NCBI GenBank assembly: GCA_016187335.1
Contig: JACPJW010000001.1
Location: 736,001-800,000, forward strand
Length of the DNA stretch: 64,000 nucleotides
Reading direction: 5' to 3'
Origin: Candidatus Aenigmatarchaeota archaeon
GTDB taxonomy: Archaea; Aenigmatarchaeota; Aenigmatarchaeia; GW2011-AR5
The first letter of the stretch is position 1. Each line of letters starts with the position of its first letter. The translations under genes and the position numbers were made by a program. Under the pieces are notes generated by a model. That model was not told the DNA's origin and did no database searches. It saw nothing but the letters and a program-made list of their open reading frames with translations. Positions 27,738 to 36,421 of the stretch are shown here, piece by piece.

Positions 27738-29063
27738 ATGAAAAAAGACTGCATTTTGAGTGGATTAATAGGTTTATGTGTAGGGGATGCTTTAGGTGTA
27801 CCTGTAGAATTTAAGAGCAGAGATGAATTAAGTAAAAATCCTGTTGAAAGTATGATTGGAAATGGAACATACAATCAACTTGCCGGAACGTGGTCTGATG
27901 ACAGTTCTTTAACATTTTGTTTAGCAGAAAGTCTATGTACAGGATATGATTTAAATGATTTAAGTCTTAAATTTTGTAGATGGTTAAACGAAGGTTATTG
28001 GACACCATATGGAAAGGTATTTGATGTTGGGATAAGTACCAAAAAAGCCATTCAAAATTTATGTAATGGTAAAGAACCTACAAGATCAGGAGGAAATAAG
28101 GAACAAGATAATGGTAATGGCTCCTTGATGAGGATACTCCCTATTGCATTTTTTACAAATGATATGTATGTTAGCACTATGGTAAAGGTGGTTGAAGAAG
28201 TATCTTCTTTGACACATAGACATAATAGATCAATAATTGCTTGCTCTGCCTATGTTTTTATTGCTAATAATATAATAAGAGGAAAAAACAAAAAAGAAGC
28301 TTTTAGATTATTAAGATTAAATCTTCCGTTTTTATTTAGTAAAGAAAAGGGTGAAGAATATAACAATGAGTTAAAGCATTTCAAAAGAATATTAGATAAG
28401 GATTTCTTTAATTTACCTGCAGAAAAAATTAATTCTTCAGGTTACGTTATTGACACTTTAGAAGCTGCTTTTTGGTGTTTTATGAATAATGATAATTATA
28501 AAGACACTGTTCTTTCTGCAGTAAATTTAGGGGAAGATACAGATACTGTTGCTGCAATAGCTGGGGGATTAGCAGGGATATATTATGGAATAAATAACAT
28601 CCCAAAAGAATGGATTGACGCAATAGCAAGAAAGAAAGAAATTATCTATTTAGCAAAAAAACTTGATGAATCTCTTAAAAAAAGATGGTCGTATATTGGT
28701 TTCGAACTATTGGATAGAATAAATATTAAAAAACCATCTAAACATATTATCAAACAAAACTATGAAAAATATATCAAGGATTGTGAAAATGAAGTAAGAG
28801 GTGTTTTGCAGTTTTCAGCTTATTCTTTTGGATATCCAGAATCAGATCATGCGGTTGTCGATGCTGGGGAAGTAAATAGACAGGTTTGGAGATATTATCA
28901 TGCTAACAAAAAATTCGATATCTTTTCATTAGGACATTTATGCACTGCAGTTTTTTTTATTTCAAGAGCAAGGCATCACCAAGGGAGTTATCCTAAGAAA
29001 CCAGAAGAAGGAGAAGTTGCTATTTCTAAAGAGATTGTTAGAAGAATACATCAATTACTATAA
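27738..29063 (+). CDS. ADP-ribosylglycohydrolase with C-terminal extension
   Basis: VGDALG, WSDDS, GNGSLMR, LTHRH, DTDTVAAIAGG; start moved to MKKDC. Confidence 0.93.
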   Translation: MKKDCILSGLIGLCVGDALGVPVEFKSRDELSKNPVESMIGNGTYNQLAGTWSDDSSLTFCLAESLCTGYDLNDLSLKFCRWLNEGYWTPYGKVFDVGISTKKAIQNLCNGKEPTRSGGNKEQDNGNGSLMRILPIAFFTNDMYVSTMVKVVEEVSSLTHRHNRSIIACSAYVFIANNIIRGKNKKEAFRLLRLNLPFLFSKEKGEEYNNELKHFKRILDKDFFNLPAEKINSSGYVIDTLEAAFWCFMNNDNYKDTVLSAVNLGEDTDTVAAIAGGLAGIYYGINNIPKEWIDAIARKKEIIYLAKKLDESLKKRWSYIGFELLDRINIKKPSKHIIKQNYEKYIKDCENEVRGVLQFSAYSFGYPESDHAVVDAGEVNRQVWRYYHANKKFDIFSLGHLCTAVFFISRARHHQGSYPKKPEEGEVAISKEIVRRIHQLL

Positions 29064-29072
29064 TAAAATATA

Positions 29073-29099
29073 GCACCACTAAAATAATTTCACTTAACA
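29073..29099. repeat. right inverted repeat of the ARH cassette
   Basis: GCACCACTAAAATAA-TT-TCACTTAACA, reverse complement of the two left segments. Confidence 0.75.
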
Positions 29100-29175
29100 A
29101 CTATTAAGCGAACTCTTAAGAATTTTCGCTCGCAAAAGCTTGTAGTGCTGTTTTGTGAACAATTGAAACAGCAGC

Positions 29176-30674
29176 CTACCCTTTCACATTCCCTATCGGC
29201 ACGAGCTTGCAGACCTTCTTTGAAAGCCCTGCCGTATGAACCACTTCTATCACTTCGTCAATGTCCTTGTAAGCGCCGCCTGCTTCCTCGGCTAAGCCTG
29301 CAAACGAAACAGTTTTTACTAAAATCCCTTTCTTTTCCATGTCCCTTTGCAGTTTATCGCCGCGCCACATCTGCCTTGCGCGCGTCCTGCTCATTGTCCT
29401 GCCTGAGCCGTGGCACGTGGAGCAGAACGTTTCCGCAGCCTTATCGCCGCCGACAAGCAGGTACGAGCCCGTTTCCATTGAGCCTCCGATGATCACCGGC
29501 GAGCCGTCGTTCCTGTACATTTCCGGTATTTCCTCGCGGCCTGCGGGATAGCTGCCTGTCGCACCCTTCCTATGGACTAAAACCTCTTTTGTCTGGCCGT
29601 CTACTTTGTGCTTCTCCAGGGATGCCCGGTTGTGAGCGACGTCGAATACCATGTGCATGTCCATGTCCTCGGCGCTGCGCTTGAATACGGAAGAAAACAC
29701 CTCGCGGACGCGGTGCAAAATAACTTGCCTGTTCGCGAAGGACATGTTTACCGCGCATTTCATAGCAGTGAAATAGTCCTGTCCCTCTGGCGAGTTGAAA
29801 GGCGCGCACGCAAGCTCGCGGTCAAGAATCTTTATTTTATATTTCCTTTCCATGACGTTGAGAAATGACTGAAGGTAATCCGTAGCAACCTGGTGCCCGA
29901 AGCCGCGCGAGCCGCAATGGAACATGATTACAATTTGCCCTGGGAACAAGCCCCATTTCTTCGCAAGCTCTTTGTTGTGTATATTTTCTTCCTTTACCCA
30001 CTGGACTTCAAGATAATGATTTCCCGAGCCGAGCGTGCCTATCTGGTTGAAGCCGCGCTCTACTGACCTGCTGCTTATTTTTCTTGAATCCGCGCCTTCC
30101 ATCCTGCCGTTCAGTTCGCAGCGCTTCAGGTCTTCTTTCCATCCGTAATCATGCTCAACGCACCATTCCGCGCCTTCCTCAACGACCTTGCGGAACTCGT
30201 CCTTCGTTAATTTAACAAATCCTGTCGAGCCTACGCCTGCAGGCACCCTTTTGAAAAGCATGTCTACAAGCTCTTTCAGCTTGGGCTTCACGTCGTTTAT
30301 AGTAAGGTTTGTAGTAACCAGTCTCATCCCGCAGTTCACGTCGAATCCGATTCCGCCAGGAGATATAACTCCTTCGTTAGCATCAAAAGCAGCAACTCCG
30401 CCGATTGGGAATCCGTAGCCCGATTTGCCTCTCTTCAGATACCTGAAAAGATATGACCGTCAGGCATACAGAACGCGTGATTGATAATTCCGGGAAGCGT
30501 TGCGACGTTCGCTATCTGGTCGAAAACCATCAGGTCCATATCGTCAATGAGCTTTTTCGACGCGTACATCCGCGCAGGGACCTTCATACCCTGCTTGAAT
30601 GAAGTAGGTATCTCCCAGATTACGTCGCTGATTTTTTTCAGTTCCGGTTTTTTCAAATTTGTCCCCCAAACCAT
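29176..30674 (-). CDS. rtcB: RNA-splicing ligase RtcB, interrupted by a 29-nt intron (489 aa if spliced)
   Basis: Exon1 30674-30453 ends MPDGH and exon2 30423-29176 starts SGYGFPIGG. DVNCG, GSGNHY, HCGSRG, HRKG and STCHGSGR are all present. SD GAGGTGA before ATG 30674. Confidence 0.93.
30424..30452 (-). other. putative BHB-type mRNA intron in rtcB
   Basis: A-TCTTTTCAG-GTAT-CTGAAGAGA-GGCAAA: 9-bp stem, in-frame TGA, frame restored on removal. Confidence 0.8.
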
Positions 30675-31513
30675 TAATTCACCTCCTCTAATTTTGAAAA
30701 TTGGTTTTCTTTTATAGTTAAACAATAGTATAAACTTCCCCAGTTATTTTCCCATGGTCCTAATATTTTTGATTTAATTCCAATTGAGTTTAATCTATTC
30801 CTTAGCTCATTAAGATTTCTTTTTATAATCGAATTCATTCTGATTTCCTTTCTTTTAATACTTAACCTACCATTTTCTCTTATGAATTTTATTATTTCGG
30901 CTTTTTCTTTTGGTAATGTCCATTCATACGACTGATAGGAATTTAAGGCTTCTTCTAATTTTTCTTTTTTACGTGGATGAAGAAACCCTATGTACTTTTC
31001 AAACTTAAGCAAATCATCCTTACCACATATAGTAAGCGACCATATGTTTCTATTTTTTCTTTTCTTGATTGTAGAAGTAATTTTGAAATGTCTTTTCATG
31101 ACTTTTTTGATTTGGTAAAGACCTTTCTTATTTATTGAATCTAGGCCAATTTTCCTGTCCTTTGCTTTGACAACAGAGACCCATCCATCACAATCAAAAT
31201 ACGATCTTAACCAACTAGAAAGTAAATTTTTGGATAATTTCGGCAAAGACCATTTATCTGAATAATAAGTGAAATTTTTTGTTAAAATAAAGAAAAGATT
31301 TTTATTTTGAATTTTGCATCTTTCTTCTGTTAAGACTGGTCTTATTCCAAATTTTCTGTGAAATTTTTCTTGAAAATCTTTCAACAAAGTAAGATTTGTA
31401 TTTCTTAAACCAATATAGTAGTATTTGTGCTTCTGTGATTTAGGATTTGTAATTACGTAACCATCAGCACAAAGATAGCCATGTATAGAAGCAAGATTTT
31501 TGTTGAATTTCAT
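30674..31513 (-). CDS. free-standing LAGLIDADG endonuclease-like protein
   Basis: IHGYLCADG and WLRSYFDCDG motifs; no intein splicing residues at the ends; TAATG overlap with the rtcB start. Confidence 0.85.
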   Translation of the reverse strand: MKFNKNLASIHGYLCADGYVITNPKSQKHKYYYIGLRNTNLTLLKDFQEKFHRKFGIRPVLTEERCKIQNKNLFFILTKNFTYYSDKWSLPKLSKNLLSSWLRSYFDCDGWVSVVKAKDRKIGLDSINKKGLYQIKKVMKRHFKITSTIKKRKNRNIWSLTICGKDDLLKFEKYIGFLHPRKKEKLEEALNSYQSYEWTLPKEKAEIIKFIRENGRLSIKRKEIRMNSIIKRNLNELRNRLNSIGIKSKILGPWENNWGSLYYCLTIKENQFSKLEEVN

Positions 31514-31603
31514 CTTGATAATTATGTTGCCATTTATTTAAACCTAATGTTCGTTAGTCAAATTTTTCTAAAGATATAAATTAATTTGTTAGAAAAAAGC
31601 GTT

Positions 31604-31702
31604 TCAGCGCTTCCTTCTTACTTTCTTCTTTATCGCTGCGCCGGCTTTTTTGACGTGCATTGCTGCTGCGCTGAATGCCTTCTTTATTCTTTTTCTTACC
31701 AC
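31604..31702 (-). CDS. 32-aa Lys/Arg/Ala-rich small protein (not in ORF track)
   Basis: GTG start after SD AGGTGA: MVRKRIKKAFSAAAMHVKKAGAAIKKKVRRKR. Confidence 0.6.
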   Translation of the reverse strand: MVRKRIKKAFSAAAMHVKKAGAAIKKKVRRKR

Positions 31703-31754
31703 TGTATCACCTGGTTAATCATGTGAAGAAGATGTTAAAATAAGTTTTCAGCCG

Positions 31755-31901
31755 CTATTTCTTCATCTCTTCCTCGTAGCCTTCGCTGAATTCCTTGCCG
31801 GCTTTCTTTGCGCGTTTCGCGGCCTTCTTTATGGCCTTTGTGCCCTTCGCAGCAACGCGTCCTGCTTTCCTGGCAATTTTCTTCATTCTCAGCTTTGCCA
31901 T
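31755..31901 (-). CDS. 48-aa Lys/Ala-rich small protein (not in ORF track)
   Basis: SD AGGTGA; MAKLRMKKIARKAGRVAAKGTKAIKKAAKRAKKAGKEFSEGYEEEMKK. Confidence 0.7.
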   Translation of the reverse strand: MAKLRMKKIARKAGRVAAKGTKAIKKAAKRAKKAGKEFSEGYEEEMKK

Positions 31902-31966
31902 GCATATCACCTAATTAATAAAGTAGCAGGCGATAAGTTAAAAAATGGCACTAATGTATTATACGC

Positions 31967-32221
31967 ATGGCTGAATTGGAAGTAATAGGATTCCTTGCTG
32001 GTTTTTTGGTGGCTTTTGCTTTATCCCCGCAGCTGATTAAAACATGGAAGACAAAATCCACGAAGGACATATCGCTCCATTGGACATTGCTGCTGATGAC
32101 CGGATTGTTGCTATGGATAATCTACGCGATTGTGAACAACATTGTTCCTTTGGCGGTTTTCGCGGCTATAGAGTTTTTGATGGCAACTGCCCTGTTCATA
32201 CTCAAGCTAATTTACAAATGA
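31967..32221 (+). CDS. SemiSWEET/PQ-loop transporter
   Basis: FALSPQLIKTWKTKSTKDIS. Confidence 0.9.
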   Translation: MAELEVIGFLAGFLVAFALSPQLIKTWKTKSTKDISLHWTLLLMTGLLLWIIYAIVNNIVPLAVFAAIEFLMATALFILKLIYK

Positions 32222-32240
32222 GAACCGAACTGGATTTGAC

Positions 32241-32696
32241 TTAGTCCTTCCCCTTGAAAAAAAGCCAGTTGTTGCCGCGCCCCGCAAAGGCGGTTTTAAT
32301 CAGTATATACCTGCCCTTTAATTTTCTTCCATGCACGCGGAAAACAATCTTGTTCCTCTTGATGCTCTCGGGCTCGTACCAGCCGCGGTCCCATATCTTG
32401 ACGGCGCCGGCGCCGTACTGGCCTTCCGGTATGCGCCCGGCAAAGCGCGCATAAGCCTTGGGATGGTCTTCCGTCTGGACAGCCAGTCTCTTCTCGCCTG
32501 GTCCGAGCAAAGGCGTTTTCGGCAAGGCCCATGATTTCAGGATGCCTTTCTGCTCAAGCCTTAAGTCCCAGTGAAGCCTCGTCGCCTTATGTTCTTGGAT
32601 AACATAAATTAGCTTCTTGCCGTATTTGGCAATTTTAGGCTTAGGTTCTTTTGTTTTAGAAAAGTTCCTTTTCTTCTTGTAAGCGGCTAGGGACAT
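32241..32696 (-). CDS. stand-alone LigD 3'-phosphoesterase domain protein
   Basis: Y..KRNFSKTKEP, VIQEHKATRLHWDLRLE, KSWALPK, LAVQTEDHP, GAGAVKIWDRG. Confidence 0.93.
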   Translation of the reverse strand: MSLAAYKKKRNFSKTKEPKPKIAKYGKKLIYVIQEHKATRLHWDLRLEQKGILKSWALPKTPLLGPGEKRLAVQTEDHPKAYARFAGRIPEGQYGAGAVKIWDRGWYEPESIKRNKIVFRVHGRKLKGRYILIKTAFAGRGNNWLFFKGKD

Positions 32697-32697
32697 T

Positions 32698-33342
32698 TCA
32701 TAACCTCTTCGTCACGCCCTGCTTCGGGCATAGCTTGTTGAGAACACATTTGCTGCAATAAGGCGCAGGTGCTTTGCAAATCGCGCGTCCGTGGTCCTTG
32801 AGCAGGTGCGGAATTTTCTTCCATTCATTCTTTTGTATAAGATTCATTAAATCCCTTTCGATTTTATCAGGATTTCTACTTTCAGTCCAGCCAAGCCTGT
32901 ACGATAATCTTATGCAATGTGTGTCTATAATTATGCCATCAACTTTATCAAAGGCATTCTGAAGAATCGCGTTCGCCGTCTTCCTTCCGACACCGGGCAG
33001 CTCTGTTAATTCTTCAATTGTCCGCGGCACTTTCCCGCCGTGTTTTTCCACAAGCATTTTACAGGCTTCCTTGATGTGCTTCGCTTTGTTCTTGTAAAAA
33101 GTGATGGAAGAAATTTCTTTTTCCAGGTCATGCAAAGAAGCCTTTGCATAATCATTCGCTGTCCTGTATTTCCTGAAAAGCCGCGGCGTCGTGGCATTGA
33201 CAACCTCGTCGCGCACCTGCGCTGAAAGAATGGCTGCGACCATTAATTCCAGCGGATTGGAGAAGTCCAGGTAGTATTTCGTATGGGGATATTCCTTTTT
33301 CAGCGCCGCGATAACTTTCGCAGCTTTTTCTTGGCCGTTCAT
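32698..33342 (-). CDS. nth: endonuclease III
   Basis: LSAQ, LPGVGRKTAN, DTH, C..C..C..C Fe-S motif. Confidence 0.95.
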   Translation of the reverse strand: MNGQEKAAKVIAALKKEYPHTKYYLDFSNPLELMVAAILSAQVRDEVVNATTPRLFRKYRTANDYAKASLHDLEKEISSITFYKNKAKHIKEACKMLVEKHGGKVPRTIEELTELPGVGRKTANAILQNAFDKVDGIIIDTHCIRLSYRLGWTESRNPDKIERDLMNLIQKNEWKKIPHLLKDHGRAICKAPAPYCSKCVLNKLCPKQGVTKRL

Positions 33343-33514
33343 TATAAAGATATAATTTTTCTCGGATTAATTCTTTTCAAATCCGGATTTTCCCACCTTA
33401 ATTCCTGTTTGATGACACAATTCATCAAGGATTACGCTTTAATTTCTTCAAAAACAAAACATTGATGATGTTTAGCGGACATATATCGTCAGTTTATTCT
33501 AGGAGGTTTGATTT

Positions 33515-34630
33515 ATGAAAATCGGGACTGTCAAAGAAATAAAAACGGGCGAAAACAGGGTAGGTCTGACCCCTCTCGGCACAGCTTCGCTTGCTGTCGC
33601 GAAACATGAAGTATTTGTTGAGAAAGGCGCCGGGGCAGGTTCAGGCTTCAGCGACGAGGAATACAAGCGCGCCGGTGCTAAAATACTGATGACGGCGAAG
33701 GAAGTCTGGAACAAGTGCGACATGGTTGTGAAGGTCAAAGAACCGGTTATCTCGGAATTCCCGCTGCTTCGCGAAGGGCTTATTTTGTTCACGTATTTTC
33801 ACCTTGCTTCGGACAAGAAATTAACGGAAGAGCTGATGAAGAAGAAAGTAACCGCGGTTGCTTATGAAACCGTCGAGCTGGAAGACAAGTCAACGCCGCT
33901 GCTCACTCCGATGAGCGAGGTAGCCGGCAGGATGTCTGTTCTCGTTGGCGTTCATTATTTGCAGAAGCATCACGGCGGCTCCGGAGTGCTTCTTAGCGGC
34001 GTGCCCGGCGTTGCTCCCGGGAAGGTTGCGATAGTCGGGACAGGCGTTGTCGGCATCAACGCCGCGAAAATGGCTTACGGCCTTGGCGCTGATGTGACAA
34101 TTGTTGGAAGGAATCCGACGCAGCTGAAGTACATTGACGACCTGTTTCACGGCAAAGTGAAGACATTGTATTCAAACCCTGCAAACATCGAGCGCGCTGT
34201 TTCAGAAGCGGATCTGCTGGTGGGCGCTGTGTATAATACAGGGGCAAGCGCGCCGAAACTGGTCACAAGGGATATGGTCAGAAAGATGAGAAAAGGCTCT
34301 GTCATCGTTGATGTTTCCATTGACCAGGGCGGCTGCATTGAAACGATAAGAGCAACGACGCATGAGCAGCCTGTTTACGTTGAAGAAGGCGTCATACATT
34401 ACGGCGTGACAAACATGCCCGGCGCTGTCGCGAGGACATCAACCTTGGCGCTGACAAGCGCCACGCTGCCGTATGCGCTTGCACTGGCAAACAAAGGAGT
34501 CGTGCGCGCGGTGAAAGAAGATCCTGCTTTGTGGAAAGGAGTCAACACGCACAAAGGCAAATTAACAGAAAAGAATGTCTCGTCGTCGCTGAAAATTCCG
34601 TACACGCCGCTGGAGCAGGCGCTGAAGTGA
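33515..34630 (+). CDS. ald: alanine dehydrogenase
   Basis: KEIKTGENRV, KVKEP, PMSEVAGR, DVSIDQGGCIET, NMPGAV. Confidence 0.96.
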   Translation: MKIGTVKEIKTGENRVGLTPLGTASLAVAKHEVFVEKGAGAGSGFSDEEYKRAGAKILMTAKEVWNKCDMVVKVKEPVISEFPLLREGLILFTYFHLASDKKLTEELMKKKVTAVAYETVELEDKSTPLLTPMSEVAGRMSVLVGVHYLQKHHGGSGVLLSGVPGVAPGKVAIVGTGVVGINAAKMAYGLGADVTIVGRNPTQLKYIDDLFHGKVKTLYSNPANIERAVSEADLLVGAVYNTGASAPKLVTRDMVRKMRKGSVIVDVSIDQGGCIETIRATTHEQPVYVEEGVIHYGVTNMPGAVARTSTLALTSATLPYALALANKGVVRAVKEDPALWKGVNTHKGKLTEKNVSSSLKIPYTPLEQALK

Positions 34631-34642
34631 AAATTAGAATCA

Positions 34643-34876
34643 TCAGCCACTAATCGAACCAATTAAAAAAATCAAACCTAGAATAATGAACACGATTCCT
34701 GCAAAATAAAATCTTATTCTGCCAAAAGTTCCGACTGGTTTTGATTCAAATTCCTTAGAACCGGTTGCTTTGCTTAATTTTTTCATATAAAATTCTGTAA
34801 TTTTTCTATTAAATACAAAAAACATGATGCCCGCAACGGTTAGAACAATACCGATCAACAACGTGTGGAATGTCAT
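34643..34876 (-). CDS. small membrane protein
   Basis: 2 TM segments. Confidence 0.55.
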   Translation of the reverse strand: MTFHTLLIGIVLTVAGIMFFVFNRKITEFYMKKLSKATGSKEFESKPVGTFGRIRFYFAGIVFIILGLIFLIGSISG

Positions 34877-34905
34877 AATTTTAGTTGAATATAGAATTTA
34901 TAAAA

Positions 34906-35160
34906 TTACCTCCCCATCTCGTAGAAAGGCAGCCTTCGCGACGCTTCAAGGAAAACGATAAGCAGCGCGAACAGGATGAGCAGGGTGCCGACGACTTTCA
35001 CGTCTTTTTCCGAGGGGTATGTAAGCCATACGTAAAGGAAAGGTGCAAGGACAAGCAGCATCGCGATAAAATACCACTTGGTGCGGTAAACGTAAATCTT
35101 TTTTGCCCTGTCCCTGAGTTTGGACCTGATTTTTCTGATGCGCTTCATGAAATGCACCAA
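34906..35160 (-). CDS. small membrane protein
   Basis: Basic N-terminus plus 2 TM segments. Confidence 0.6.
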   Translation of the reverse strand: MVHFMKRIRKIRSKLRDRAKKIYVYRTKWYFIAMLLVLAPFLYVWLTYPSEKDVKVVGTLLILFALLIVFLEASRRLPFYEMGR

Positions 35161-35171
35161 AGCAGGAAGGA

Positions 35172-35465
35172 TTATTCCTTCCTTATTGTTATCTCCATCT
35201 TCTTCGGGTCGAAATTAATTATAACTTTGTCGCCTGTGCGAAAAAACGGGTCAAGTTTCTTCGGGATTGTCACCGCTTTGGAAATGCCTACTTTAATTAC
35301 CTTTCTTTTCTCATGTATTTTTGGCAGAAGCTTTCTCTGCGCCCTTATGGCTTCATCTAAGCCAATAAGCTCTTTGCGGCATTTGTTGCAGACAGATACT
35401 TTTGTCATTTCCCCAAATATCTTCACTGTTTTTTCTTTCATCTCGCCGCCGCAACTGCATTTCAT
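35172..35465 (-). CDS. zinc-finger (YgiT/MqsA-like) plus AbrB-like putative antitoxin
   Basis: MKCSCGGEM..CNKC; RKVIKVGISKAVTIPK. Confidence 0.75.
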   Translation of the reverse strand: MKCSCGGEMKEKTVKIFGEMTKVSVCNKCRKELIGLDEAIRAQRKLLPKIHEKRKVIKVGISKAVTIPKKLDPFFRTGDKVIINFDPKKMEITIRKE

Positions 35466-35469
35466 TTTC

Positions 35470-35736
35470 TCACCTTTTCCTTGTTGTGGTTCCGATAGTG
35501 ATAAGTTCATTATAGTCGTCGTAGCCTGCAAATATGATGTAAGCAATTTTGTTCTTTTATATGGGCAATGAGACACGGAATTTATTTTTACCTTCTTGAA
35601 AAATTTCTCCGTGTTCCCATATTTCCTTTATCTTTTGGAAGTTTATCCTGTGGGCTTCCCTTTCATAAAAATGCCTTGTGAATTTCAGTTCCTTTTTCCT
35701 TATTTCATGCGCTTCCTCATCAGAAATTCTCCTCAT
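35470..35736 (-). pseudogene. DUF4258/RelE-like toxin gene with internal TAA at 35557-35559
   Basis: MRRISDEEAHEIRKKELKFTRHFYER...RVSLPI*KNKIAYIIFAGYDDYNELITIGTTTRKR continues in one frame and ends 4 nt before the antitoxin ATG. Confidence 0.6.
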
Positions 35737-35803
35737 TGGAATGCCTTCTGATTTAAATTAGAATAAATTATTATAATGAAAGTTTATAAAGATTTTGAAC
35801 AGC

Positions 35804-36421
35804 TTAAATCTCTATAATCCTGCCCTGCTTGCCCAGAGAGATGACCGCAGTCCTGCCTATCTTTTCTTCAAAGCCCTCTGTTTCATGGATGTGCCCGCAC
35901 AGGTGTATGTCGGGCTGCAGCTCCTCTATTGCTTTTCTGACGCCGCTGCTGCCGGGATAGCCTGAAACCTTTTCCATCGTGCTTTTCGCGGGATGCATGT
36001 GCGTGATCATTATCTTTTTTTCCGCATCCCTGACGTTCCTGAAGCCTTTCTTCAGGGCATCGAAAGTCTCCCTGTCCGTAAGGATGTTTATGCCCACGTT
36101 GCCTCCGCCGCATCCGAAAAATCCTACATTATTCACCACAGCCGAGCGTTCCTGCAGGTTGTTTATCCTGTACTTTTCCTTGAGCAGCTCGGCTGTTGCT
36201 ATGCTGTCGTGGTTTCCCGCCACGAAAAAGACGTGCTTCTTCTTTTCCAGGAAAGGGCCTATCATGCCGTGCCAGTCGTTGTCGAAATAGGTAAGGTCGC
36301 CGGCGAGTATGACCAGGTCTACGTTGTATTTTTCCGCCTTATCTGCCAGCCTTTTCGCGGCCCTTGTGTCCTCGTGGATGTCGGAGGCGGCGAGGATTTT
36401 CAGCTTTGACATAATTATCAA
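35804..36421 (-). CDS. calcineurin-like metallophosphoesterase
   Basis: SDIH, GDL, GNHD, THMHP, CGHIH. Confidence 0.92.
   Translation of the reverse strand: MIIMSKLKILAASDIHEDTRAAKRLADKAEKYNVDLVILAGDLTYFDNDWHGMIGPFLEKKKHVFFVAGNHDSIATAELLKEKYRINNLQERSAVVNNVGFFGCGGGNVGINILTDRETFDALKKGFRNVRDAEKKIMITHMHPAKSTMEKVSGYPGSSGVRKAIEELQPDIHLCGHIHETEGFEEKIGRTAVISLGKQGRIIEI

Noticed and set aside
30310-30345. Intein at the usual RtcB DVN|CG site
   Set aside because: DVNCGMRL is contiguous; the LAGLIDADG ORF lies outside rtcB.
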